In this document: positions 33,915-44,794 of the stretch, in pieces
Layout: every line of letters starts with the position of its first letter
How positions within the stretch are numbered: position 1 is the first letter of the stretch
Origin: Torpedo marmorata
Lineage: Eukaryota
DNA: 64,000 bases
Reading direction: 5' to 3'
Assembly: GCA_977017645.1 (NCBI GenBank)
Contig: OZ360223.1
Coordinates: 28,768,001-28,832,000 of the forward strand
Translations under genes and position numbers: made by a program
Notes under the pieces: model-generated
Seen by the model: the letters and a program-made list of their open reading frames with translations, nothing else
Told to the model about the DNA's origin: nothing
Database searches by the model: none

Positions 33915-36767
33915 ATGGAGAATTTGTTAAAGCCGGATAAGCTAGACATCGACCCCCTGGCCCAAGACGCTGCAAGCGACTTCGAACTTTGGCTGCGCTG
34001 CTTCGTAGCCTACATGAGGTCGTCCGGAGCAGTTACTGACGAACAGAAACTCGATATCCTCATGTCCAGGGTAAGCAAGCGAGTGTATGGCGCCGTCAGG
34101 GACTGTGAGACCTTCGATAATGCCTTGGAAGCCCTCCGAAAGCTGTACCTGACGCCGGTGAACGAGATTTTCGCAAGGCACCGGATATCGCAGCGATACC
34201 AGCGACCCGGAGAGTCGGTCTCCGAATACATCCAGGACGTGATGCTCCTGGTGCGGGCGTGTGACTGTCGAGCCCTGACGGCCGAGCAACACGCCGAAAT
34301 ACTGGCAAGGGACACGATCATAAGGGGGATCAGGTCGGACTACATCCGCCAGCGATTGCTGGAACACGCCGCCCTGACCCTGAAATCGACCGTCCAGAAC
34401 ATCCTTACGCTGGACTCGGCCCTAAAGAACGCTGACGCCATGCAGGCGCAGCCTGCTTCTTGGATCGCCCCAACCGCCAGCCCTGAAAGCAACGCGATGG
34501 CCGCTGCCGTCTACTGGGACCCGCTCGCCGCCGCCGACTCCATCCGTGAGTTGGCCGCTGTCGCCGCTGCCCGAGAGCCCGCCGCCACCCGTGAGTTAAC
34601 CGCTGCCGCTGTCACCCGGGAGCCCGAGAAGTGCTACTTCTGCGGGCTCGACAAACACCCGCGCAAGCGCTGCCCGGCCCGAGACGCGACTTGTTCTAGC
34701 TGTGGCAAGAAAGGCCACTATGCTAAAGCCTGCCGCTCCAAGTCGCGTACGGGTCCGAGCAGCGCCGCGTGCGAGGTACGGGAGCGGCCATCTTACCTGA
34801 CGTCACTTCCGGCGGAGACCTCATGCGAGGTCTGGAGGCGGCCATCACAGCGCGCAGCACTTCCGGTTTCCAGCAGCGCCACGTGCGACGGGAGGGGGCG
34901 GCCATCTTACCTGACGTCACTTCCGGCGGAGACCTCGTGCGAGGACTGGAGGCGGCCATCTTGGTCTACACTTCCGATCTCCACATTTCCGGCGCGGCCA
35001 TTTTACAACCACACCGCGGCCCTGCCAGCACTTCCAGCACTTCCGGCTCCACCATCTCGTAGCGACACGTACGAGCTACGGGAGCTGCCACCGGATCAAG
35101 ATCAAGACGTCTCGTCGGACCAAGACTTCGTCTCGACCCTGGCATCCGTGACGCTGGACCAGAGCGCGCCCCATCAACTGTCCAGATCAATGATGGACAT
35201 TCTCGTTGAGGGGCATAAGACCACCTGCCTGTTCGACACAGGCAGTACCGAAAGTTTCGTACATCCAGACACTGCCCAGCGCTGTGGCCTCACCGTTGTA
35301 CCGGTAAGCCAGAGGGTGGCCATGGCGTCTGGAACGCACACAACAGACATCCGGGGGGGTTGTGTGGCGAATATAGTGGTACAGGGCACGGAATATCGGG
35401 AATTTTCGTTGATGGTCATGCCCCGTCTGTGTGCTCCTGTATTGCTGGGATTGGACTTCCAAAGCCACCTGCGTAGCGTCACCATGCACTATGATGGGCC
35501 CCACCCCCCGATCGTAGTGACTAACCCCCAATACTTAAATAACACGCCCCAGACTACCTGTGGTCTCTCCACGCTAAAGACCCAACCCCCGCCACTCTTC
35601 GCCAACCTGACCCCTGACTGTAAGCCCATTGCAACGAAAAGTAGGCGATACAGTGCAGGGGACAGGGCATTTATTAAGGCGGAGGTGCAGCGTTTACTGG
35701 GGGAAGGGATCATTGCACCCAGTAATAGCCCCTGGAGAGCACAGGTAGTCGTGGTAAAGAACGGGGCTAAGAGCCGGATGGTGGTGGACTATAGCCAGAC
35801 CATCAACCGGTTCACGCAACTGGACGCCTATCCGCTGCCAAAGATCGCGGATATGGTCAACCAGATTGCTCAATATAAAGTGTTCTCCACCATCGACCTT
35901 AAGTCGGCTTACCATCAGCTCCCGATCCGCCGGGAGGACCGAGTGTACACCGCTTTCAAGGCGGACGGCAGATTATTTCATTTTCTGCGCGTCCCCTTCG
36001 GGGTAACAAATGGGGTATCCGTGTTCCAAAGGGAGATGGACAGGATCATTGACCAGTTCAAGCTCACTGCCACCTTCCCGTACCTGGACGACATCACCAT
36101 TTGTGGTCACGATCGCCAGGATCACGATAGGAACCTTCGGAAGTTCTTACAGGCGGCAGAGACGCTGAACCTCACTTATAACAAGGAGAAATGCGTGTTC
36201 GGGACTACCCGACTCGCTATCCTGGGGTGCGTCGTGGAAAACGGGGTGATTGGACCCGACCCCGACCGCATGCGCCCCCTGTTGGAACTTCCGATCCCCG
36301 TTACCCCCAAAGCACTTAAACGATGCCTCGGGTTTTTTTCGTATTATGCACAGTGGGTCCCAAACTACTCGGACAAAGCCCGACCCCTCGTCAAATCCAC
36401 CAAGTTTCCCCTGGCAGCGGAGGCACGTGAGGCCTTCGACCTCATAAAAGGGGACATCGCCCGAGCAGCGATGCACGCGGTGGACGAGTCGGAACCTTTC
36501 CAGGTGGAGAGCGACGCATCGGACTTCGCACTGGCTGCTACCCTCAACCAGGCGGGAAGACCGGTAGCGTTTTTCTCCCGCACCCTTCAAGGCCCCGAAA
36601 TTCGGCACTCTGCGGTAGAGAAAGAGGCCCAGGCCATTGTCGAGGCTGTCCGGCACTGGAGGCACTATCTCGCCGGAAAACATTTTACCCTGCTGACGGA
36701 CCAGCGCTCCGTCGCTTTCATGTTTAACAGCAGCAGCGGGGTAAAATTAAGAATGACAAAATCATGA
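33915..36767 (+). CDS. gag-pol: Gypsy Gag-Pol polyprotein (gag, zinc knuckles, aspartic protease, RT, RNase H), ending at a frameshift
   Basis: CYFCGLDKHPRKRC / CSSCGKKGHYAKAC, LFDTGS, IDLKSAYHQ, VPFG, YLDD, ESDASD, EKEAQAIV. Confidence 0.93.
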   Translation: MENLLKPDKLDIDPLAQDAASDFELWLRCFVAYMRSSGAVTDEQKLDILMSRVSKRVYGAVRDCETFDNALEALRKLYLTPVNEIFARHRISQRYQRPGESVSEYIQDVMLLVRACDCRALTAEQHAEILARDTIIRGIRSDYIRQRLLEHAALTLKSTVQNILTLDSALKNADAMQAQPASWIAPTASPESNAMAAAVYWDPLAAADSIRELAAVAAAREPAATRELTAAAVTREPEKCYFCGLDKHPRKRCPARDATCSSCGKKGHYAKACRSKSRTGPSSAACEVRERPSYLTSLPAETSCEVWRRPSQRAALPVSSSATCDGRGRPSYLTSLPAETSCEDWRRPSWSTLPISTFPARPFYNHTAALPALPALPAPPSRSDTYELRELPPDQDQDVSSDQDFVSTLASVTLDQSAPHQLSRSMMDILVEGHKTTCLFDTGSTESFVHPDTAQRCGLTVVPVSQRVAMASGTHTTDIRGGCVANIVVQGTEYREFSLMVMPRLCAPVLLGLDFQSHLRSVTMHYDGPHPPIVVTNPQYLNNTPQTTCGLSTLKTQPPPLFANLTPDCKPIATKSRRYSAGDRAFIKAEVQRLLGEGIIAPSNSPWRAQVVVVKNGAKSRMVVDYSQTINRFTQLDAYPLPKIADMVNQIAQYKVFSTIDLKSAYHQLPIRREDRVYTAFKADGRLFHFLRVPFGVTNGVSVFQREMDRIIDQFKLTATFPYLDDITICGHDRQDHDRNLRKFLQAAETLNLTYNKEKCVFGTTRLAILGCVVENGVIGPDPDRMRPLLELPIPVTPKALKRCLGFFSYYAQWVPNYSDKARPLVKSTKFPLAAEAREAFDLIKGDIARAAMHAVDESEPFQVESDASDFALAATLNQAGRPVAFFSRTLQGPEIRHSAVEKEAQAIVEAVRHWRHYLAGKHFTLLTDQRSVAFMFNSSSGVKLRMTKS

Positions 36768-37858
36768 GGTGGAGAATAGAACTCTCCACCTATAATTACG
36801 ACATCATGTACCGGCCCGGGAAGCTCAACGAGCCCCCTGACGCTCTATCCCGGGGATCGTGCGCCAGCGCGCAGATCAACCGGTTATACTCCCTACATAA
36901 TGACCTCTGCCACCCAGGAGTTACCAGGCTGTTCCACTTCATTAAAGCACGGAACCTGCCTTTCTCCCTGGATGAGGTCAGGACCATGACCAGCAGCTGC
37001 CGAGTCTGTGCGGAATGCAAACCGCAGTACTACCGCCCCGACAAAGCTCAGCTGGTCAAGGCCACCCGCCCGTTCGAACGTCTCAGTATAGACTTCAAGG
37101 GCCCCCTCCCCTCCACGAACCGCAATGTGTACTTCCTCAACATCATTGATGAGTACTCGCGGTTCCCCTTCGCCATTCCCTGCCCAGATACCTCGGCGGC
37201 GTCGGCTATCAAGGCTCTCCACCAGGTATTCACCGTGTTCGGGTTCCCCAGCTATGTCCATAGCGACCGGGGATCCGCGTTCATGAGCGAGGAGCTGCGA
37301 CAGCACTTTCAGACCCGAGGCATCGCTACCAGTAGGACCACGGGGTACAACCCACGGGGGAACGGACAGGTGGAGAGGGAGAACGCCACAGTATGGACAG
37401 CGACACTACTGGCCCTGAAAGCAAAAGGGTGGCCAGTGGCTCGCTGGCAGGAGGTTCTCCCGGACGCCCTCCACTCCATACGATCCCTTCTGTGTACTGC
37501 CACTAACGCTACCCCTCATGAACGTATCTTTTCCTTCCCCAGAAAATCGACCACCGGAACTACACTCCCTGCCTGGCTGACGTCCCCGGGGCCGGTGCTA
37601 CTCCGCAAACATCTTCGGAGTAGCAAGTACGAGCCCTTGGTCGAGAGGGTGCAGCTGATCCATGCGAACCCGCAGTACGCATTCGTTGTATTTCCTGACG
37701 GACGGGAAGACACGGTGTCCATACGGGACCTGGCGCCTGCAGGAGCGTCAGAAGAGGTCCCCGACAGCGGGAACGCCGGGTCGCAGCTGCCCCCTCCGGC
37801 CCATCCGCCTCCCAGCACGGCGGGTACACGCCCCCGTCACAGCTGGACAGGCCACTAG
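36764..37858 (+). CDS. pol: Gypsy integrase, the frameshifted continuation of pol
   Basis: HHCC (HNDLCHPG..CRVC) and DDE core (SIDFKGP, HSDRG, NGQVER). The probable true C-terminus LRRSRRQIRPPVKLDF* lies in a third frame ending at 38031. Confidence 0.9.
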   Translation: MRWRIELSTYNYDIMYRPGKLNEPPDALSRGSCASAQINRLYSLHNDLCHPGVTRLFHFIKARNLPFSLDEVRTMTSSCRVCAECKPQYYRPDKAQLVKATRPFERLSIDFKGPLPSTNRNVYFLNIIDEYSRFPFAIPCPDTSAASAIKALHQVFTVFGFPSYVHSDRGSAFMSEELRQHFQTRGIATSRTTGYNPRGNGQVERENATVWTATLLALKAKGWPVARWQEVLPDALHSIRSLLCTATNATPHERIFSFPRKSTTGTTLPAWLTSPGPVLLRKHLRSSKYEPLVERVQLIHANPQYAFVVFPDGREDTVSIRDLAPAGASEEVPDSGNAGSQLPPPAHPPPSTAGTRPRHSWTGH

Positions 37859-38172
37859 CCAGGCAGGAGGCAAACCAGACCCAAATCCACCCTACTACAC
37901 CTACTCCCGTTCCACAACCACAACCGCCTCCGCAGGCATCACGTACCCTCATTCCACAACCACTACCATCACCGCTGGCGCTACGCAGGTCACGGCGGCA
38001 AATCCGGCCGCCGGTGAAACTCGATTTTTAAAGACTATGTATAATCCATGGGTGTTGGTATATTAGACTATGTATATAATCTATGGGTATTTGTATTTTC
38101 TTCTCCTCTCCCGTTAAGACTATGGTATCCACTTCACCCCCCCGTCGGACTTGTTCTAAAAGAAGGGGTGAA

Positions 38173-38424
38173 TGTGGTAAACCACTTTTAGTATGTATTG
38201 TGGCCTGAGGCAGGTATGACCATGACCTGTCTGTCTGTCCCGGTGACCCCTCCCCCTTTACATGGAATAAAGGCATTGAGCCAGCAACTCCTCCCCCAGT
38301 TCCGGGACAATCCAGCAGGGATCATCAGGTCAAGGTGTAGCTTAGCCCTGGCTTTGATTCTGGTAATAAAAGCCTATTAATTCCTGCACTTCTAGACTCG
38401 CGTCTGTCATTGATAGGTATATCA
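38173..38424 (+). repeat. 3' LTR of Gypsy A
   Basis: Direct repeat of 33629-33880, preceded by the PPT aaaagaaggggtgaa. Confidence 0.96.
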
Positions 38425-38887
38425 ATGACACTGTCTTATTACTGTGACAATAAATTGAATCTTGAATCTTGAATCTTGCTCACTGCTAAGTAGGTCATCC
38501 AAGGTCCATCCTCAGGATAGGGGATCGTCTACTTTTCCTTTGGCTCAAAGGAGTAAGCAGAACAGGTATGGGGGCTTGTTTGCGTTGCAGGCCTCCCTGA
38601 AATATTGAGACCTCCTTTGCTGCCTCCTTCCAGAACAACCATGCCCTCAAGGGCCTCTGTCACCTCGTGATAAAGAACCTTTCTCCTGCAAACACTGCTC
38701 TTCACCATCATTGAAGCATCCATTCATTAAGTAGCAACATTCCCCTGTAACTAGAAGAGTATTGTGCATATTGTGTCATGCCCCTTTTAAGAGATAGTTC
38801 TAAAGATGGCACTTTCAAAGTAAATTGCCACATCAGCAAGCAGTTGTGACACACATCACTTTGAAACATCACATTAGAAGCAATAAG

Positions 38888-39351
38888 GAGTTAAACAAGA
38901 AAGTCTGCAGACACTGTGAATGTAGTTTAATGCACAAAAGTGCTGGAGAAACTCAGTAGGTCATGCGGCGTTCTTATGGAAAAGGTACATAAGCAATGTT
39001 TCGGGCCTGAGCCCTTCGTCAAGGTATGAGCAAAAAGTAGGCAGGTGCCTGAATAAAATGGTGTGGGGAGGGACAAGGGGGAGGAGCATAGGCCCATAGG
39101 CAAGAGGTCATAGGTGGATGTGCGTGGGAGGGCAGCAGAGAAAAAAGCTGGGAAGTGATGGGGGAGGGATAGCTCTCTGATTTGAGAGGGAAGAGGGTGA
39201 AGAGCTGGAGGAAAAGAGACAGAGGAATAGGGAAAGAGTGAGAGACAGGGAAGGGGCCTAACAGAAACCAGATATGTCAATGTTAATGCCATCTGGTTGG
39301 AGAGTGCCCAGACAGAATATTAGATGTTGTTTCTCCAATTTGTAGATGGCC
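38888..39351 (-). mobile_element. Penelope-like element 3' fragment with pLTR
   Basis: Reverse complement of the GIY-YIG end (ctctccaaccagatggcattaacattgac) and the pLTR. Confidence 0.82.
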
Positions 39352-39506
39352 AGTTTCTGCACAGCATTACAGTTTATTTAACTTTCACAGGTAGATACAG
39401 GGTGATGCACAACAATTAAATGATAATAATGCAATTTCTAGTGCTTAAAAAAAACTTAAATTATTACATAAGATATAACTTATTAGAAACTGTCCGCTTT
39501 TCAGTA

Positions 39507-40294
39507 GGCCTTTTCACACCGCCGAGTGCATGTGGGTTAACCAGGCGATTTATCCGGTAACTTACCTGGTAATCGTGCAGTATGAAAAGTCCGATCCGGG
39601 CATGGCAGGTCAAAATCAACCGGGCTCTGAGACCTAGTCGGGGGTACTCTCGGAGCCCGGCCGAGTTAACCCACCAATCATCTTCTGGCGGTCTGAAAAC
39701 ACAAATGGCTTACCTGGTAAGATTACTGACGTCGGCGCCTACGTGCTTGCGTCACATAAAACCCATAACAATAGAAATAAGAGATACAACAATATAAATG
39801 TTACTTTAACGATGCCAAAGGGAACAAAGCCACAATATTAAAAGAATTTTCAAATTGCAAAACTTGTAGCTTACCGAAATTAAAAAACAACGGGCCCGCT
39901 CAGGGCGGCGGCGGCGGCTCAATGCGGGATCAATGGCCGTCTTCGTTACACATAATCCCCCATGCAGCTGGAACCGCTCTGCGTTTCCCTGGCGCTGGCA
40001 AAGTGGCAGAGCGGTTCCAGCTGCGTGGGGGATTATGGGTAACAAAGACGGCCATTGATCCCGCATTGAGCCGCCGCTCTGAGCAGGCCCGTTGTTTTTT
40101 GAAACACTTCCTGTGATTGTGTAACGCGTCACTCGTGATGTCATCGCTGGAGGCGGGATCGCCCTCAAAATGCCTGGTTGCCACTTTACCAGGTAAGTAA
40201 GGCTGTGGTATGAAAGACCCTGGAGGTCCAGGCTTCCTGGGAACTTTCCCCGGGAACTAAGAGGGCTGACCTACTTTGGCGGTTTAAAAAGACC
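39507..40294. mobile_element. Non-autonomous DNA transposon (family of 3613-4317) with a central 220-bp hairpin
   Basis: TA|GGCCTTTTCACACCGCC ... GGCGGTTTAAAAAGACC|TA; inverted repeat at 39882-40100. Confidence 0.78.
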
Positions 40295-40868
40295 TAGTGA
40301 TTCCACGTGCTGTTTACTATTTTAGGCTAATGCCTTTTCGTAGTGGAAAGTCACGGTTAATCTCAGTTTCGTAGCCTCGGGGTTATTCCAGGTTGTGATA
40401 CTGATCTTTTAACCTTCCTGCTTTCACGCAGTGCGTTTTATGTGCATGCTTAACATTGTAGTGGGTTTACTGATGTGATCTGGTTTGATGGCAATTCAGC
40501 ATTGAATGACAATGTAAGTAATCAATCAATTATTTTACACACTTCCAGCATACAGGAGTATTGCAAGCCCTTGCATAGAACAATAGAACAGCCAACATCC
40601 AACAAAGTGAAGACGAGAAAGAAATGCAAATGAATGGGTATGGTGCCTGAAAGTCTAGTTTCACGGAATTTAAAAAAAAGATGAAAATTACTAGTTGCAA
40701 AATATATTCGCAAAAGATAAGAAAGATTTTATGCGACAGGTGGGATTACAAATGAAGAAAGAACAATGAACATAAATTATTAAGGGTCAAGATAAAGAAT
40801 CCCACAAAACTTTGCAGTAATACACTTCAATTCCAATTACTCCAGTGCATATATCCAAAAAAAAGGGT

Positions 40869-41712
40869 GATGGCGGCGCTGCCGGAGCCGCTGTAGCGGC
40901 AGCGCTGCCGCTGGAGCGGACCTGCGGGGAGTGAGGGAGCGGAGATACAGCGCTCCCGCGGGATCCATCCGCCCAGTCGACTGCTGTCGGTTCCGCACGG
41001 GCTTTGAACAGCCCGTTGAGGGAGCCGATGGTGGTTTTAAGATCCCGCGACCACGGGGTCTGCGCCCAAGATGGCCTTTTAACCAGCAGCAACCACGAGG
41101 AGCTACAGACTCCGGGGAAGCGGAGGACTGGAGCAGGGCACCAGAGGACGGGAAGATCACGTCTGACGGTCTGAGAAGGAGAAGCGGAGGAGACGACCCA
41201 CGGGACGGTGACCACGGCGGCGGACCGGTGAGGGGCTCTGAGGCTGAAGGACCAGTGCATGCGGCGGGCTGCTGGCGACTCGAGGCGAGGAACCTGCGGA
41301 GGCTGTGGGCTGCTGGAGACTGCTGTCGGTGGACTCACGCCGGGCTGCGGACTGCTGGAGACTGGCTCGAACTGGCTGGAGGAGTACCAGGTATCGGAAC
41401 CGGGATGTGAGGGGGTGCTGATGGCGCCCTGACCGTGTCGGAGGTTCAGATCTGGAGCTCGGGTTGCCGATGGTTTGAACTGGACTCTGTGTGGCTGCGT
41501 AGGCTGCGGAAACACTGGAGGTGAATCTATGGACACTCGGTGACTCTGGGGGACTCTCTTTTGCTTCTCTTTCTCTGACTGTAAGGAATGTTAGAGGCGC
41601 TTAGGCAATTTCTGCCAGTGGCAAATCTGTCTGCCTTGCAGCAGGCAAAAAAAAAATTCATGGAATATGACACTGTCTTATTGCTATGACAATAAATTGA
41701 ATCTTGAATCTT
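40869..41712 (+). mobile_element. GC-rich non-autonomous retroposon, full-length copy 4
   Basis: Same 5' start (GATGGCGGCGCTG) and (GAATCTT)n end as copy 2. Confidence 0.88.
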
Positions 41713-44112
41713 ATAACCATATATAACCATATAACAATTACAGCACGGAAACAGGCCATTAGGCCCTTCTAGTCCGCACCAAACCAAACACTCCTCTCTA
41801 GTCCCACCTACCTGCACCCTGCCCATAACCCTCCACTTCCTTCTCATCCATATACCTGTCCAACTTTTTCTTAAATAATAAAATTGACTCTGCCGCCACT
41901 ACTTCTCCCGGAAGCTCATTCCACACCGCTACCACTCTCTGAGTAAAGAAGTTCCCCCTCATGTTACCTCTAAACCTCTGCCCCTTAACTCTTAACTCAT
42001 TCCTCTTGTTTCAATCTCTCCTACTCTTAACGGAAATAGTCTATCCACATCCACTCTGTCTATCCCTTTCATAATCTTAAATACCTCTATCAAATCCCCT
42101 CTCAACCTTCTACGCTCCAGAGAATAAAGACCTAATCTGCTCAATCTCTCCTTGTACTCTAGATGCTTAAACCCAGGTAACATTCTGGTAAATCTTCTCT
42201 GCACTCTCTCCACTCTGTTGATATCCTTCCTATAATTTGGCGACCAGAACTGCACACAGAACTCTAAACTAGGCCACACCAACGCCTTATATAATCTCAA
42301 CATCACTTCCCAACTCCTATATTTTATGCAATGATTGATAAAGGCCAGCATACTAAAAGCCTTCTTCACCACCCTATTCACATGAGTTTCTACCTTCAGG
42401 GAACGATGCACCGTTATTCCTAAATCTTTCTGCTCTTCTGTATTCATCAATGCTCTCCCATTTACTACGAATGTCCTGTTCTGATTCTTCTTACCAAAAT
42501 GAAGCACCTCACACTTATCAGCATTAAACTCCATTTGCCATTTTTCAGCCCACTTTTCTAAGCAGCCCAAATCCCTCTGCAATCCTTGAAAACCTTCTTC
42601 ATTATCCACTATTCCACCTATCTTAGTATCGTCTGCATATTTACTAATCCAGTTCACCACCCCATCATCTAGATCATTAATATATATAACGAACAACAAT
42701 GGGCCCAATACAGATCCCTGAGGCACACTGCTGGTCACCGGCCTCCAACCTGACAGACAATTATCCACTACCACTCTCTGGCCTCTCCCTTTGTTCAATC
42801 CATTTGACTATCTCAAAATTTATACCTAAAGACTGCACCTTCCTAACTAACCTTCCATGTGGTACCTTATCGAAGGCCTTACTGAAGTCCATATAGACAA
42901 CATCCACGGCGCTACCCTCATCCACATTCCTAGTCACCTCTTCAAAAAATTCAATCAGATTGGTCAAACAGGACCTTCCGCTCACAAATCCATGTTGAGT
43001 GTTCCTGATCAGACCCTGTCTGTCCAGATATTTATAAGTACTATCTCTAAGAATTTTCTCCATTAATTTACCTACCACAGACGTCAAACTTACAGGCCGA
43101 TAATTGCTAGGCTTCCTCCTTGAACCCTTTTTAAATAACGGAACCACATGCGCAATACGCCAATCCTCCGGCACTATCCCCATCTCTAATGACATTTGGA
43201 AAATCACCGTCAGAGCCTCTGCTATTTCCTCACTTACTTCTCTCAAGGTCCTGGGTAAGATCCTGTCGGGTCCCGGAGACTTATCCACCTTTATATGCCT
43301 CAAAAGCCCTAACACTACATCTTTCGTAATCACTATATTCTCCATATTTACCCAATTTGCTTTTTTTATCTCGCATATCCCAATATCCTTCTCCTTGGTG
43401 AATACCGAAGAAAAGAAACTGTTCAATATCTCCCCCATTTCTCTAGGCTCCACGCACAGTTTTCCGCTCTGATTCTCTAAGGGACCAATTTTGTCCCTCG
43501 TTTTCATTTTACCATTAACGTATTTGTAGAACCCTTTTGGATTAATTTTCACCCTGCTTGCTATAGTCTCCTCGTACCTTCTTTTAGCTTTCCTAATTCT
43601 TCTCTTAAGATTCCTTTTACATTCAATGTAATTTTCAAACATCTCCTTAATTCCATGCTTCTTATACTTAATCTACGCCTCCCTTTTTTTTCGAACCAAG
43701 TTTCCAATATTCCTCGAAAACCACGGCTCTCTCAAACCTTTTGCCCCTCCTTTTAACCTAACAGGAACATAAAGCTTTTGCACTCTCAAAATCTGATCTT
43801 TAAAAGACTTCCATCTCTCTACTACATCCTGCCCATAAAACAAATTGTCCCAATGCACACCCTGTAAGTCATTTCGCATCTCCTCAAATCTAGCTTTTCC
43901 CCAATCAAAAACCTCAACCCTTGGCCCTGATTTATCTCTTTCCATAATGACATTGAAGCTGATGGCATTATGATCACTGGACCTGAAGTGCTCGCCAACA
44001 CAAACCCCCGTCATTTGACCTATCTCATTTGCCAACAGTAGATCTAACACTGCTCCTTCTCTGGTCGGTACCTCTACATATTGTTGTAAAAAACTATCCT
44101 GCACACATTCTT
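41713..44112 (-). mobile_element. CR1 LINE, 5'-truncated ORF2 with (TATGGTTA)n-type tail
   Basis: ORFs 43673-44110 (PTREGAVLDL, SDH), 42761-43642 and 41992-42798 (PQGSVLGP, YADDTK). Confidence 0.93.
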
Positions 44113-44794
44113 GAATACCCAACATCCTGCTGTGGTGCATTACACCAGACCATATATAATCCAAGAAGACATACTTTGCATACATTAAACCATACGTTAT
44201 GAAAGATGGAGAAACTAACAAATGTGGATTGCACATCTCAGAGGAACAAGTGATAAAATGTGTTTAAAAGTCAAGAAGCTATTGATGGAAAAGTTGGTTT
44301 CACATTCCACAGGGTCAGTAACCAGAGGACACGAGTTTAAGAAAATTAACAAAAAATCTAGAGGAGGATGAGGAGCTTGGGATGAATTTGCTGGAATTAG
44401 TAACTGAAATGGACAGACATACTGATGCACCATCAATAACTCCGAAAGACTAGAAGTTAGGCAAGAACTGATAGGCTTTTATTCACATTGGAATGGATGC
44501 ACATTCCTGGTGGTCGTCTGTCCTGGACTGGGGTGGGAGCTGTGGCACAATAGCCTTTATTCAGGGGTCTGTGGGAGGAGCCACAGGTACAGCCAGTAAG
44601 GGGCGTGTCCAGACGAACATAAACATATATACAGGTATTTACAGTGGTTTACCACATTCACCCCTCGTTTTAAACAGAGTCCTGCGGGGTGAAGTGAATT
44701 AAAGTTCTCACAGATTCAGTCTTTTAGGTGGTCTGGTCTGCCGCTGCGACCGTCGTAATACCGGCTGTGGCGCAGCTGTTGCATCCAGTCCTGA

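Larger units (their letters stand above)
33629..38424 (+). mobile_element. Gypsy/Ty3 LTR retrotransposon A (Mag-like), full length, 5-bp TSD ATGAC
   Basis: 252-bp LTRs TG...CA at 33629-33880 and 38173-38424; TSD at 33624-33628 and 38425-38429; PPT at 38158-38172; domain order gag-PR-RT-RH-IN. Confidence 0.97.
32846..38478 (+). mobile_element. GC-rich non-autonomous retroposon copy 3, split by Gypsy A (pieces 32846-33628 and 38425-38478)
   Basis: gtggtatATGAC|...|ATGACactgtcttatt..gaatcttgaatctt is continuous across the Gypsy insertion. Confidence 0.88.

Noticed and set aside
36720-36770. Programmed ribosomal frameshift between RNase H and integrase
   Set aside because: Gypsy B and C read through this point in one frame (NQQRGKIKND), and no slippery heptamer is evident. 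A 1-nt deletion or sequencing error is more likely.
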